Assembly (NCBI RefSeq): GCF_009914755.1
Contig: NC_060927.1
From: the human T2T-CHM13v2.0 reference genome, Homo sapiens
Strand: one strand, 5' to 3'
Length of the DNA: 64,000 nt
A program made the position numbers and the translations under genes. Positions 1 to 15,555 of the stretch are shown here, in pieces (the stretch's first letter is position 1; each line of letters opens with the position of its first letter). The notes below the pieces were generated by a model that had not been told where the DNA came from, did not search any database, and saw only the letters and a list, made by a program, of their open reading frames with translations.

Positions 1-596
1 TTCAGATTTAAAAAATAATAACAGAATTCACTGCTAACAGACTTGTACTACAAAAAATGCTAAAGAAGTTCTTCGGGATGGAGAGAAGTAATATCAATAT
101 GAAACAGAGCTTCAAGAAATAATGAAGAGCATCAAAAACAATAAATGGCTATTTTCTCTAAATTTCTTTAAATTATAAATGACCGTTTAAAGAAAAAAAC
201 AATATACACACATTATGTGGTGGTCATAATGTATGGAGATGTAATCAATATGACAATTACAGCTTACCAGATAGTGGGGGAAAAGTAAAGGGAGCTATAT
301 AATTAAAAGATTTCTACATGTTACATAAATTGATATAACATTAACTGTAAATAGATTGTGAAAGTAAAGAATATATATTTTAATCCCTAGATTAATCGCT
401 AAAAAATGCAAAGAGGTATAGCCAGAAAACAAGTAGGTAAATTATAACAGAATTCTAAAAAATATTCAGATATTCAAAAGAAGGCAGAAAAAGGGGAACA
501 TAGGAATGAAAAGCAAAGAGGAAACACAGGAAATTAAAATTGTAATTATAGACCTAAAGCTAATCATATAATAAGTACATTAAATGCTAGTGGTCT
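1..596 (+). mobile_element. Old L1M fragment (end of ORF1, inter-ORF spacer, start of ORF2)
   Basis: gaattcactgctaacagacttgtactacaaaaaatgctaaagaagttctt resembles the L1M ORF1 C-terminus; ends in acattaaatgctagtggtct (TLNVNGL-like ORF2 start) and resumes at about 8262. Confidence 0.6.
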
Positions 597-1538
597 GTCT
601 ACTTTCATGCTTCAAAGGATATTATCAACTGAGTAGAAAGGCAACCCACAGTATAGAAGAAAATATTTGCCAATCACATATCTGATAATGGATTAGTATC
701 CATGATATGTAGAGAACTCCTAAAATTCAACAATAACAAAACAAACAAACAACTTGATTCAAAGATAAGCAAATCAAAAGAGATAACATTTCACACCCCC
801 TAGGATGGATATTATCAAAACAGAAAATAACAAGTATTGGTAAAGATGTAAGAAGTTGGAAACTTTGCACACTCTGATGAGAATACAAAATAGTGGAACT
901 GCTTTAGAAAATAACGTGTGGCTCCTCAAAAAATTTAAAAAAGATTACCATATGATCCAGTAATTTCACTTTTGGATATATATTCAAAATAATTGAAAGC
1001 AGGGACACATTTGAACACCCATGTTTATAGCAGTACTATACATAACAGCCAAGAGGTGGAAGCAATCCATGTCCATTAATAGGTGAATGAATAAACAAAA
1101 TGTGGCATATACACACAATAACATATTATTCAGCCTTAAAAGGGAAGGAAATTCTGACACATGCTACAACATGAATTAAACCTGAAGACATTATGCTAAG
1201 TGAAATAAGTTAGTCACAAAAGGGCAAATACTGAATGATTCTACTCATATAAGGAACCTAGAGTAGTCAATTCATAGAGACAGAAAGCAAAATGATAGGG
1301 CTGGGAAGGTGAGAATGAGGAGTTGTTTAAAGTTATGGAAACTTTTTGTTTATTTCTTTATCTCTAATTTCTGACATTTCTGAAGATTTTTCAGGAGTTT
1401 ACAAAAGTTCTGAAGATGGATGGCGGTGATGGTTGCACAACAATGTGAATATGTTTAGTGCCACTGAATATTAGATGGCTAAAATGATAAATTTGATATG
1501 TATATTTTATACAATTTAAAATAAATAAATACATTTTT
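597..1538 (+). mobile_element. L1MB-type 3' fragment (ORF2 C-terminus plus 3'UTR)
   Basis: aaaggcaacccacag...atatttgccaatcacatatctgataa; gaaattctgacacatgctacaacatg; gatggttgcacaacaatgtgaat; A-rich end. Confidence 0.75.
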
Positions 1539-1657
1539 AAAAAAGACACTTGGGTCCCGTTCCAAGATGGCCAAATAGGAACAGCTCCACTCTGCAGCTC
1601 CCGGTGTGATTGATGCAGAAGATGGTGATTTCTGCATTTTCAACTGAGGTACCTAGT

Positions 1658-1990
1658 TCATCTCACTGGGACTGGTTGGACAGTGGGTGCAGGCCATGGA
1701 GAGTGAGCCAAAGCAGGGTAGGGCATCATCTCACCTGGGAAGTGCAAGGGGTCAGGGGATTTCCCTTTCCTAGCCAAGGGAAACCATGACAGACTGTACC
1801 TGGAAAATTGGGACACTCCCACCCAAACACAGCACTTTTCCAACAGTCTTAGCAAATGGCACACCAGGAGATTATATCCCGCACCTGGCTCGGTGGGTCC
1901 CACACCCATGGAGCCTTGCTCACTGCTAGCCCAGCAGTCCAAGATCAACCTGCGAGGCAGCAGCCTGGCTGGGGGAGGGGCATCTGCCAT
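1658..1990 (-). CDS. Antisense ORF0-like reading frame (110 aa) in the L1 5'UTR
   Basis: gcaATGg at 1990; MADAPPPARLLPRRLILDCWASSEQGSMGVGPTEPGAGYNLLV resembles primate L1 ORF0; open to the stop at 1658; no expression evidence. Confidence 0.4.
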   Translation of the reverse strand: MADAPPPARLLPRRLILDCWASSEQGSMGVGPTEPGAGYNLLVCHLLRLLEKCCVWVGVSQFSRYSLSWFPLARKGKSPDPLHFPGEMMPYPALAHSPWPAPTVQPVPVR

Positions 1991-2823
1991 TGCTGAGGCT
2001 TGAGTAGGTAAACAAAGCAGCCAGGGAAGCTCAAACTCGGTGGAGCCCACTACAGCTCTGCAAGGCCTGCTGCCTCTGTACACCCCACCTCTGGGGGCAG
2101 GGCATAGCTGAACAAAAGGCAGCAGAAACTTCTGCCGACTTAAAAGTCCCTGTCTGACAGCTCTGAAGAGAGCAGTGGTTCTCCCAGCTTGGTGTTTGAG
2201 CTCTGAGAACGGACAGACTGCCTCTTCAAGTGGGTCCCTGACCCCCGTGTAGCCTAAGTGGGAGACACCTCCCAGTAGGGGCTGACTGACACCTCATACA
2301 GGTGGGTGCCCCTCTGGGACGAAGCTTCCAGAGGAAGGATCAGCCAGCAATATTTGCTGTTCTGCAATATTTGCTGCTCTGCAGCTTCTGCTGGTGATAC
2401 TGAGGCAAAAAGGGTCTGGAGTGGACCTCCAGCAAACTCCAACAGACCTGCAGCTGAGGGACCTGATTGTTAGAAGGAAAACTAACAAACAGAAAGGAAT
2501 AGCATCAATATCAACAAAAAGGACATCCACACCAAAACCCTATCTGTAGGTCACCATCATCAAAGACCAAAGGTAGATAAAACAACAAAGATGGGGAGAA
2601 ACCAGAGCAGAAAAGTCAAAAATTCTAAAAACCAGAGTGTCTCTTCTCCTCCAAAGGATTGCAGCTCCTCGCCAGCAATGGAACAAAGCTGGATGGGGAA
2701 TGGCTTTGACGAGCTGACAGAAGTAGGCTTCAGAAGGTCGGTAATAACTAACTTCTCCGAGCTAAAGGAGAATGTTTGAACCCATTGCAAGGAAGCTAAA
2801 AACCTTGAAAAAAGATTAGATGA

Positions 2824-3143
<320 letters not shown>

Positions 3144-5373
3144 CTAGAATAAACAGTGTGGAGAAGACTTTAAATGACTTGATGGAGCTGAAAACCATGG
3201 CATGAGAACTACATGACACATGCACAAGCTTCAATAGCTGATTCGATCAAGTGGAAGAAAGAGTATCAGTGATTGAAGATCAGATTAATGAAATAAAGCA
3301 AGAAGAGAAGTTTAGAGAAAAAAGAGTAAAAAGAAACAAACAAAGCCTCCAAGAAATATGGGACTATGTGAAAAGACCAAATCTATGTCTGAATGGTGTA
3401 CCTGAAAGTGACGGGGAGAATTGAACCAAGCTGGAAAACACTCTGCAGGATATTATCCAGGAGAACTTCCCCAACCTAGCAAGGCAGGCTAACATTCAAA
3501 TTCAGGAAATACAGAGAACACCACAAAGATACTCCTCCAGAAGAGCAACCCAAGACACATAATTGTCTATTCACCAAGGTTGCAATGAAGGAAAAAATGT
3601 TAAGGGCAGCCAGAGAGAAAGATCGAGTTACCCACGAAGGGAAGCCCATCAGACTAATATCAGATCTCTTGGCAGGAACTCTATAAGCCAGAATAGAATG
3701 GGGGCCAATATTCAACATTCTTAAAGAAAAGAATTTTCAACCCAGAATTTCATATCCAGCCAAACTAAGCTTCATAAGTGAAGGAGAAATAAAATCTTTA
3801 CAGACAAGTAAATGCTGAGAGATTATGTCACCACCAGGCCTGCCTTACAAGAGCTCCTGAAGGAAGCACTAAACATGGAAAGGAAAAACCGGTACTAGCC
3901 ACTGCAAAAACATGCCAAATTGTAAAGACCATCAATGCTAAGAAGAAACTGCATCAACTAACAGATGAAGTAACCAGCTAACATCATAATGACAGGATCA
4001 AATTCACACATAACAATATTAACCTTAAATGTAAATAGGCTAAATGCCCCAATTAAAAGACACAGACTGGCAAATTGGATAAAAGAGTCCAGACCCATCA
4101 GTGTGCTGTATTCAGGAGACCCATCCCATGTGCACAGACACACATTGGCTCAAAATAAAGGGATGCAGGAAGACCTACAAGGCAAATGGAAAGCAAAAAA
4201 AAAGTAGGGGTTGCAATCTTGGTCTCTGATAAAACAGACTTTAAACCAACAAAGATCAAAAGAGACAAAGAAGGCCATTACATAATGGTAAAGGGATCAA
4301 TTCAACAAGAAGAGCTAACTATCCTACATATATATGCACCCAATACAGGAGCACCCCGATTTGTAAAGCAAGTCCTTAGAGACCAACAAAGAGACTTAGA
4401 CTCCCACACAATAATAACAGGAGACTTTAACACCCTACCGTCAATATTAGACAGATCAATGAGACAAAAGGTTAATAAGGATATCCAGGACTTGAACTCA
4501 GCTCTGCACCAAGCAGACCTAATAGACATCTAAAGAACTCTCCACCCCAAATCAACAGAATATACATTCTTCTCAGCACCACATCACACTTATTCCAAAA
4601 TTGACCACATAGTTGGAAGTAAAGCACTCCTCAGCAAATGTAAAAGAACAGAAATCACAACAAACTGTCTCTCAGACCACAGTGCAATCAAATTAGAACT
4701 CAGGATTAAGAAACTCACTCAAAACCGCACAACTACATGGAAACTGAACAACCTGCTCCTGAATGACTACTGGGTACATAACAAAATGAAGGCAGAAATA
4801 AAGATGTTCTTTGGAACCAATGAGAACAAAGACACAATGTACCAGAATCTCTGGGACACATTTAAAGCAGTGTGTAGAGGGAAATTTATAGCACTAAATG
4901 CCCACAAGACAAAGCAGGAAAGATCTAAAACTGACACCCTAACATCACTATTAAAAGAACTAGAGAAGCAAGAGCAAACACATTCAAAAGCTAGCAGAAG
5001 ACAAGAAATAACTAAGATCAGAGCAGAACTGAAGGAAATAGAGACACAAAAAACCCTTCAAAAATCAATGAATCCAGGAGCCGGTTTTTTGAAAAGATCA
5101 ACAAAATTGATAGACTGCTAGCAAGACTAATAAAGAAGAAAAGAGAGAAAAATCAAATAGATGCAATAAAAAATGATAAAGGGGATATCGGCACTGATCC
5201 CACCGAAATACAAACTACCATCAGAGAATACTATAAACACCTCTACACAAATAAACTAGAAAATCTAGAAGAAATGCATAAATTCCTGGACACATACACC
5301 ATCCCAAGACTAAAGCAGGAAGAAGTTGAATCTCTGAATAGTCCAATAACAGGCTCTAAAATTGAGGCAATAA

Positions 5374-5995
<622 letters not shown>

Positions 5996-6363
5996 TAGTG
6001 TTGGAAGTTCTGGCCAGGGCAATCAGGCAAGAGAAGGAAATAAAGGGTATTCAATTAGGAAAAGAGGAAGTCAAATTGTCCCTGTTTGCAGATGATAAGA
6101 TTGTATATTTAGAAAACCCCATTGTCTCAGTCCAAAATCTCCTTAAGTTGATAAGCAACTTTACCAAAGTCTCAGGATACAAAATCAATGTGCAAAATTC
6201 ACAAGCATTCCAATAACAGACAGAGAGCCAAATCATGAGTGAACTCCATTCACAATTGCTACAAAGATAATACCTAGGAATCCAACTTATAATGGATGTG
6301 AAAGACCTCTTCAAGGAGAACTACAAACCACTGCTCAGCGAAATAAAAGAGGACACAAACTAA

Positions 6364-6888
<525 letters not shown>

Positions 6889-8297
6889 TAAAAAGCCTAG
6901 AAGAAAACCTAGGCAATACCATTCAGGACATAGGCATGGGCAAGGACTTCAGGTCTAAAACACCAAAAGCAATGGCAGCAAAAGCCAAAATAGACAAATG
7001 GGATCTAATTAAACTAGAGAGCTTCTGCACAGCAAAAGAAACTACCATCAGAGTGAATAGGCAACCTACAGAATGGGAGAAAAATTTTGCAATCTACCCA
7101 TCTGACAAAGGGCTACTATCCAGAATCTACAAAGAACTTAAACAAATTTACAAGAAAAAAACAAACAACCCCATCAAAAAGTGGGCAAAGGATATGAACA
7201 GACACTTCTCAAAAGAAGACATTTATGCAGCCAACAGACACATGAAAATAAGCTCATCATCCCTGGTCATCAGAGAAATGCAAATCAAAACCACAATGAG
7301 ATACCATCTCATACCAGTTAGAATGGCAATCATTAAAAAGTCAGGAAACAACAGATGCTGGAGAGGATGTGAAGAAATAGGAACGCTTTTACCCTTTTGG
7401 TGGGCGTGTAAAGTAGTTCAACGATTGTGGAAGACAGTGTGGTGATTCCTCAAGGATCTAGAACTAGAAATACCATTTGTCCCAGCAATCCCATTACTGA
7501 GTATATATCCAAAGGATTATAATTCATGCTACTATAAAGACACACGCACACGTATGTTTATTGCGGCACTACTCACAACAGCAAAAACTTGGAATCAACC
7601 CAAATGTCCATCAATGATAGAGTAGATTAAGAAAATGTGGCATACATACACCATGATTGAATACTATGCAGCCATAAAAAGGGGTGAGTTCATGTCCTTT
7701 GCAGGGACATGGATGCAACTGGAAACCATCATTCTGAGCAAACTATCACAAGGACAGAAAACCAAACACCACATGTTCTCACTCATAGGTGGGAATTGGA
7801 CAATGAGAACACTTGGACACAGGGCGGGGAACATCACACCCTGGGGCCTGTCCTGGGGTGGGGGCCAGGGGGAAGGACAGCATTAGGAGAAATACCTAAT
7901 GTAAACGACGAGTTAATGGGTGCAGCAAACCAACATGGCACATGTATACGTATGTAACAAACCTGCACATTGTGCACATGTACCCTCGAACTTCAAGTAT
8001 TAAAAAAAAAGACACTTGGAACAAATACATTTTTTAAAAGATATTCAACTATATTGGCCCTTTTTACTTGTCAGGAGTTTACATACTTTTATTAACATTC
8101 CATTACATCTCCTAAGGAGTAGGTGTCATTAGTCCTGTTTTACTGATACAGTTATCAAAGCTCAGTGAAATTTTTAATAAGAAATATAAGTGCTGAGATT
8201 TATTGAACTCTTATTCTATACCTAGCCCATGCTGAGCTCTTTACATATATATATGTGTGTGTGCTAGTAACCTAAACATTACAATTAAAAGGCAGAG

Positions 8298-8879
8298 TTG
8301 CAAAGAACTTGAAAGAGAACTACTATTCAATCCAGCAATCCCATTACTGAGTATACACCAAGAGGAAAATAAATTGTTTTACCAAAGATACAGGCACTCA
8401 TATGTTGATCTCAGCACTATTCACAATAGCAAAGGCATGGAATCAACCTAAGTGCTCATCATCAGTGGATTGAATAAAGAAAATATGGTGCATATACATC
8501 ATGGAATGCTATGCAGCCATAAAAAGAATAAACTCATGTTTTTTGAAGCAACATGGATGCAGCTGGAGGCCATTATCCTAAGCAACTTAATACATGAATG
8601 GAAAACCAAATACCACACATTCTCACTTATAAGGGGGAGCTAAATATTGGGTACTCATGGACATAAAGATGGCAACAATAGACAGTGGGGACTATTAGAG
8701 GGGGAAGGGAGGGAAGGGATAAGGGTTGATACACTAACCAATGGATACTATGCTCACTACCTGGGTGATAGGATCAATCATAGCCCAAACCTCAGTAACA
8801 CACAATGTACCCATGTAACAAACGTGCAAATGTACCCCTGAGTCTAAAATAAAAGTTGACATTATAAAAATAAATAAAT
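8298..8879 (+). mobile_element. 5'-truncated L1 3' end (L1PA15-16/L1PB4-like)
   Basis: ggacataaagatggcaacaatagac and tactatgctcactacctgggtga 3'UTR motifs; TSD aaaaggcagag (8287-8297) / aaatggcagag (8880-8890). Confidence 0.8.
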
Positions 8880-8890
8880 AAATGGCAGAG

Positions 8891-10530
8891 ATTATCAGAA
8901 TGAATACAAATGTAGAACCCAACTGTATGTTGCCTACGAGAGATACACTTTAAATAGAAAGACACATATAGCTTAAAAGTATATGAATGGAAAAATATAT
9001 ACAATGCTCAGTCACATAAGGAGACTAGAGTAGCCATATCAGATAAAATAGACTTCAAGACAAAAGAGTATTACAGAAATAAAAATCTTCATAAGGATCA
9101 AATAATCAATGCATTAGGAAGATATAACAATCATAAATATGTTAACATAAACATATTAACAATAGAGTATCAAAAAAAATGAAGTAAAAAAAGTGACAGA
9201 ACCCCTGCAAGCATGCTTTTTCTATGGTCTTGGTGTGAGCTGAGTGTATTTCTCCACATCTTGACTTCGGCCAAATGACTTAGTTGGACCAATGACTTGA
9301 AAGTGAAAGAGATAGAGTGCCAATTCCAACCCTAAGTCTTTAGAGTCATAGCAGATTTCTGCTTGCTTTCTTGTGTCTCAGCCTTATCCATGAGAAGAAT
9401 ATGACCTGGCTGGCCATTGGTCCAAATATAGTAAGGGACACATAGAGGAGAAATATCTGGCTAACCAGCAGACTTGCAGCTTAAAGCAGAGCCACCCAGC
9501 CAAGTCAAGATGAGCTTAGCCATGACTAGATGAACCCTGGACTCTGCATAGGTACTTAAGCAAGTTCATTTGAGATCAGTAAAATCATCCTAGCCAGCCT
9601 GCAGAAACATGAGAAACAAATGCTTACTGTGAAACAAAAAAAAATGACAGAACCAAGTGTAGACATCAACAGTTCTGCAATAATGGTAGAAGGTGTTCAC
9701 GCTTCTCTCTCAGCAATTGATGAACAACTAGTCAAAAGATCATTAAAGACATGGATGATCTGTATAACATCACCAAACTCTTTGGCCTAATTGATATTTA
9801 TACTATTTATACAAATTACATCCCAAAATGACACAATACACATTCTTTTCAAGAGCCTATCATACATTTATCAAGATAGAATGTATTCCGAACCATAGAA
9901 AGTTTCAATAAATTTAAAATCATTGAATCCGTGTTCTCTGACTACAACAAAATTAAACTAGAAGCCAATAGATATATTTGGAAATTAGATAACATACTTC
10001 TAAATAATTCATTGGTCAAAAAAAGAAATCACAAGAGAAATCAGAAAATATTTTAAACTGAATTGGGAATAAAAATACAACATAACAATGTGTTAGATGC
10101 AGTGAAGACAATGATTATAAAGAAATGAGCTTCTTCAAATGCTTATATGAGAAAAGAAGAAATACTATGAAATTGATTGCTTAAACTTCCACCTTTATAA
10201 GCTAGAGAAAGAGGAAAACACAAAGTAAAACAAAGGAAGTAGAAAAGAAATAGAAATAAAAGCAGAAATCAATGAAAAAGAAAACTAACAAAAAACATAG
10301 AAAATTAACACAGCCAAAAGTTGGTTCTTCAAAAATATTAACAAAATTGACAAGCCCATAGCAAGTCTAATCATGGGTAAAAGAGAATACACAAATCACC
10401 AACATCAGAAGTGAACAAGATTCTATAGATATTAAAAGATCATAAATTCTATAGATATTAAAAGAAAAATTAAAGAAATTAAGAAAAATTAAAGAATATT
10501 GTGAACAACTTAATACCGACAAATATGACA
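8891..10530 (+). mobile_element. Old L1M ORF2 endonuclease-region fragment, continuing the element at 1-596
   Basis: cccaactgtatgttgcctacgagagatacac; cagataaaatagacttcaag; tgttctctgactacaacaaaattaaactagaa; aaaagttggttcttcaaaaa. Confidence 0.7.
9204..9636 (+). mobile_element. MLT1(H/I/J)-like MaLR LTR fragment with A-tail and long TSD
   Basis: ccatgagaagaatatgacctggctggcc; gacttgcagcttaaagcagagccacccagcc; ends catgagaaacaaatgcttactgtg plus A-run; 18-bp near-identical flanks. Confidence 0.6.
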
Positions 10531-10942
10531 ATCAGATTCAGTGTCCAGGACAGTGAAACCAGCTACTGAAAAGAGGGATGTTTATGGAGGACTCTAAGAG
10601 ACATCACCAAGGTTTCCCATAATAATGTGTTTATACAGGAATCCCTTCAGGAGACCCTCTAATTTGGGCACATTGTGCTGAAGATTATTAGCCTTACAGG
10701 TTTTTTATGGTGGCTCAGAAAAATCAGGAAAAAATGAGATACATGCAAATTTCAAATTATATAGGTGCTTCTTCTCTTTCTGAGAATTAAATGCAACTGC
10801 AAGAGTCCCTTCATTCTGAGTGGGATGATCAGTGGCAATCCATCTGTAAAGTATAATCAATCAACTTCTAGATAATGTATTTGGATCACTGTGCAAAGTT
10901 CTGGTAAAATATACAAAAAGATCTGACTACCGTGGAACTTAG

Positions 10943-11377
<435 letters not shown>

Positions 11378-11419
11378 TGATACTCAAAATTTTATAGATA
11401 TTTGCCCACCCAGTCAAAA

Positions 11420-11730
11420 AGAAGCCCTATGCAGTTGATATCATTAACTTCATTTTAAAGGCCAGAAAAATGAGGCAACATGCCCAAAGTCACAATCATG
11501 ATTCAAGCTGGGTCCACCTACTGTCAAAGTGCACATGGTAGCCAAGTGGTTAAGAATATCGAGTCTGAAACCAAGCAGACCATCACTTCCAGACCTCCAA
11601 ACTCCCCACCACTTCTGTCTGAGCCTCATTTTCTTCACCTGTAAATGGAAATAAGAACAATTACCCTTCAGATTCACAAGGGAATTTAGACAAGAGACAT
11701 GTTGATAAAACATGGTAACACTTTAACTAG
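11420..11730. mobile_element. MIR fragments
   Basis: tgcccaaagtcaca; ctgagcctcattttcttcacctgtaaatggaaataa core. Confidence 0.6.
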
Positions 11731-11735
11731 AGTTT

Positions 11736-12205
11736 TGTCTTGGTTTGTGTTCCCTAGAAATAGACCCTGAGGTAAAGATTCAAACACAAGTAGTTTATTT
11801 GGGAAGTAGTCCCCAAAATATAAGAGAGTGAGGAATGAGATAGGAATTGGAAGGAAGCCAATAAATGGTATGTTATCAAACAAGTCATCACTCGACCACT
11901 GGAGCACACTCCTGCTGGGAAACCACAGGAGACAGCGTAAAATATGCCTAGAGCTACCCCAACTGAGAGGTGGGAGTATTCATCCACCAGCTCCCTGTCC
12001 ATCACTGGTTGAGAACAGCTTCTGAGAGCATTAGCTTGTTGCTGTTGGCTTGCTCTTGGCCAAGCATGTTCCCAAAACCAGAGGAAAAAAAAAAAAAAAA
12101 AAAAACCTTCAGGCATAGATTTGGAGACATTCACGGTAAGGAACTTTCTGTGTATAAAGGTGGGTGCTGAGAGTTATGGCCAGGGTACCAATAGCAGCTG
12201 CTACA
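11736..12205 (-). mobile_element. ERVL LTR16-family solo LTR
   Basis: tgtcttggtttgtgttccctagaaatagaccctgaggtaaagattcaaacacaagtagtttatttgggaag matches the reverse of the LTR16 3' end with its AATAAA. Confidence 0.6.
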
Positions 12206-12844
12206 ACACTGAGACAAGAACTGGATTCTGAGACAAAGAAGCAAAGAAAAGAGATTTACTTTTTTTTTTAACTTCATCAGGAGCCCAGAATGTCTAGATA
12301 AACCCCAAGTCTATTTCATTTTGTACCAACGTTTCCTTGTTGAATATTTCCAAGCATGATTCCATTTCCTGGACTCCAGAGTGAAATGATCTGGTGAAGA
12401 AAGGCTATCCATTAGTCTCCACCTCCAGGTCAACCTAAGGATTCTTGGCTTGAGGTGGTGAGGCAACCAGTGCTCAAATCCACAGTGTACCCAAAACTAC
12501 CCCGGCATCGTTGCACATCCACCCAAGCCTCAGCTTCCTTACCTAAGAATGATGCCTGCACACCATCTCCCTCTATGTAAACACAAAGCTTTTCCTAAGC
12601 CCCCACTATGTGCCCCACTCCAGGATAGGAATTGAAAGATAAATAAGACAATGTTCTCGTTTTAAAAGACTTTCCTGCCTAGAAGACAAATAAGTAAACC
12701 AACAATGACCATACAATGAAAATAGTGCTATAACAAAGGCAATCACATAAGGCTAAAAGAGCTACAACAACAACAACAAAAAGTAATCAATTAATGCGCG
12801 GGAGAGAAAGAGCACATCTGAAGGAGGTGACACAAAGTCGATCT

Positions 12845-13254
12845 TTGTGGTGGCCTTACACACCTATTACAGAGGCTGCAGCAGCTGTTGCTCTGAGCTC
12901 CATTCTAGCACTCACACCAAGGTCATGTCTCCACAAGCTGCTCCATTCCCATAACTCAAAAGAGCAGGGATACTAAGGCAGGCCCATTCCAGGAAGCCAA
13001 GGCTGGCTCAGGGATGATGCCTTTGCTTAACCTTTCTTAAACTGTGAGACAGGCCAGATACTCCCACTATCCAATGTTCTCTCCTTGTCTCCTTCACTCT
13101 GGATCAGAGTTGCATTGCAGTCTGATGACTCCTTCAGTCCTTTCCAGCTTCCTCCGAATTTCATTTCACACAGGCATTTCCCCCTAAAGAAAAAATATAT
13201 ATATTTGAATGTTTAATCTTGCCTTGGCATTTTTTGGATGATCTAGACTAACTG
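12845..13254 (+). mobile_element. ERVL LTR16/LTR33-like solo LTR within L2 debris
   Basis: tgtggtggcc start; tgtttaatcttgccttggcattttttggatgatctagactaac end. Confidence 0.5.
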
Positions 13255-14312
13255 TCTTGAAGGATTAGTAGCAGTTAGATAGGCAGAGAAGGCCAGAAAA
13301 TGCACATTAACCAGGAGAAATGGTGTGAGCAAAGGCAAGGAGGAAGGGAAAGCTATCCCTGTTCAGTGTAAGCAAGGACAACAAGTGGATAGAGTTTAGG
13401 ACACTAGGGTGGGAAGTAAGAGGGTATGAGTGGGAAATTAGTTTTTGAGCTAAATGATTTTTGCCATTAAAATGAATGGCAAAAACAGCAATTGCTTTTG
13501 CACCAACCTAATATATTAGAAGGAAAAGGGCTAGAACCAGATCATCCAAAACCTGTTAGGAAATTTGAATCTTTTCCATATGACACTGAGGAGACTTTAG
13601 GGAGTTTTAGGGAAAGAGAACAAAATCAGGTCCTCACTGCCTAGGCCACAGGAGCAAATGGATCAGAGGACATCGGAACCAGGGACTGGGAGGTCAGATA
13701 GAAGACACTGCAGTAACTCTAGTGAGCTATCATGAGAACCTGACCTGGGGAGAGCAAAGCTGACAAAGAAGAGAGAAAAGACCCAAGTGATATTTACAAG
13801 GTAAAATTACTAGAACTTAGACACCACTGAGTATGAAGAATGGATGAAAGTGAGGAATTGGGGAAAATACCCAGGTTTCTATTGCATGGAAGCAGACGAC
13901 TTCACTGGAAATGAACTGGCAGAGAGAGACCCACACTGCTCTTCACTATGTTCCATGACATTCACAACTCACAGTTCTTCTGAAATTTAAAAATCACAAC
14001 TAAGTTGGCATTTCCCAAAGGCACACCCCCAAATCCTCAAAAGCCACTGAGACCATCTCATGCAACACACATTGCTAGAAATGTGGTTTTCCAGTTCAAC
14101 AATTTGGCCAACCAGTAATGGAATGAAGAATGCATGTGGTGGTGTCAGCAGTGCCTGGGGGAAATGGAGGTGGAGAGCCCAGTTGAGACATGCCTTAGTC
14201 ATAGAAAGAGGCCAAGGCTAGAGATGAAGAGTAAGGAATCATCAACACACAGGTAGAAATCTAAGCCACAAGGCTTTAATAGCTCACCCAGAAAGAGAAG
14301 AACAGAAATCCT

Positions 14313-14790
14313 GTGTATGTTTCCTATGGCTGCTGTAGCAAATCAACTCAATCTTGGTGGTTAAAACAACACATATTTATTATCACAACAAAGCTCTGGA
14401 GGTCAGAAGTCAGAAATGAGCTTTATGGGACCAAAATAAAGGCAACAGCAGAGCTGCATTCCTTTTCGAGGCTCTAGGGGAGAATCTGTCCCTTGCCTAT
14501 TCCAGCATCTGGAGACTGTGCCTGCATTGCTCAGCTCATGGTCTCCTCCCAGCAATGGCTTCACTCCAACTTCTTTTTTCGTCGTATTTTCTTCTCTGAC
14601 TCTCCTGCCTCTCTCACACACAACTTAAAGGCTCCTGTGATTACATCTCGCTCACTCAGATAATCCAGAAATATCCCCCCATCTCAAGATACTTAATCAT
14701 ACCCACAAAGCCCTCTTGCCATGTAAGGTAACATATTCCCAGGTTTTGGGGATCAGGACATGGATATCTTTGGGTGACCATCATTGTGCC
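14313..14790 (-). mobile_element. MLT1C/D MaLR LTR
   Basis: tgtgtatgtttcctatggctgctgtagcaaat...tctggaggtcagaagtc...gaggctctaggggagaatc...ggacatggatatctttggg. Confidence 0.75.
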
Positions 14791-15555
14791 TCTGGCAGCT
14801 AGGGACTAAGCCCTGGAGAACATGACTATTTATGGAACAGGCAAGCCTTGGAACAAGATAAAGAACTAAAGACAGGAATGAATTCCAGACAGTCAGTTAC
14901 CGGTGACATTTTCAATTTCAAGGGTATCTTAGCTCCAGTTAAAATCACTGCATTGAGAAGTGAGGTTTGGCTTTTTTCCCCTCCCTTCCTATCTGTGATC
15001 TACATCACCAACTCAAGAGTAAAAAGCTATTTCGCGGTGGAAAAAAAGCACAGGGATATGCATAAAGAAGCATTGCAAGAATCATAATTATCATTCTGAA
15101 GTTACTCCTCCTCCGAGAAAAATAGGCATCTTCCCAAGGCCTCCTCTCCCTCAGTGAAATGCTGTGGCCCCATGAGGTTGTTCTTGATCGTGGGATAAAT
15201 CTGGGTCCTGTGTGGACTCCTAGAAGCCCTTGAAGCTCTCTAGCTCAGTTCCTCCCTACCATTGAGAGGTCTCCTCTCCATTTCTAACTGATAACTTTAA
15301 GGCTTGATGGCAAACACAGTCAAGCTAGGATGTCACACTCTTCCCCTGACTCATGGTTGAACTCAGCAGCCTCTCCCTGACAGTTCACTTGGAAAATGGC
15401 TGGCTTCAGACATTTGCAAAGGATGGGATAATTTACTGAATTTTCTCCTCCTCAGCTTCAAGCAGGGAGTCTGGCCCTGGAAATTTCCTTGCCTTAAGAA
15501 TTTTCTATCATCTGTGGCAGGGCAAACAGTAAGATGAGGCCAGAGTTCACAAAGT

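Noticed and set aside
10420-10496. Short local duplications (attctatagatattaaaaga x2; aagaaaaattaaagaa x2)
   Set aside because: Ordinary slippage in an A-rich old L1 fragment.
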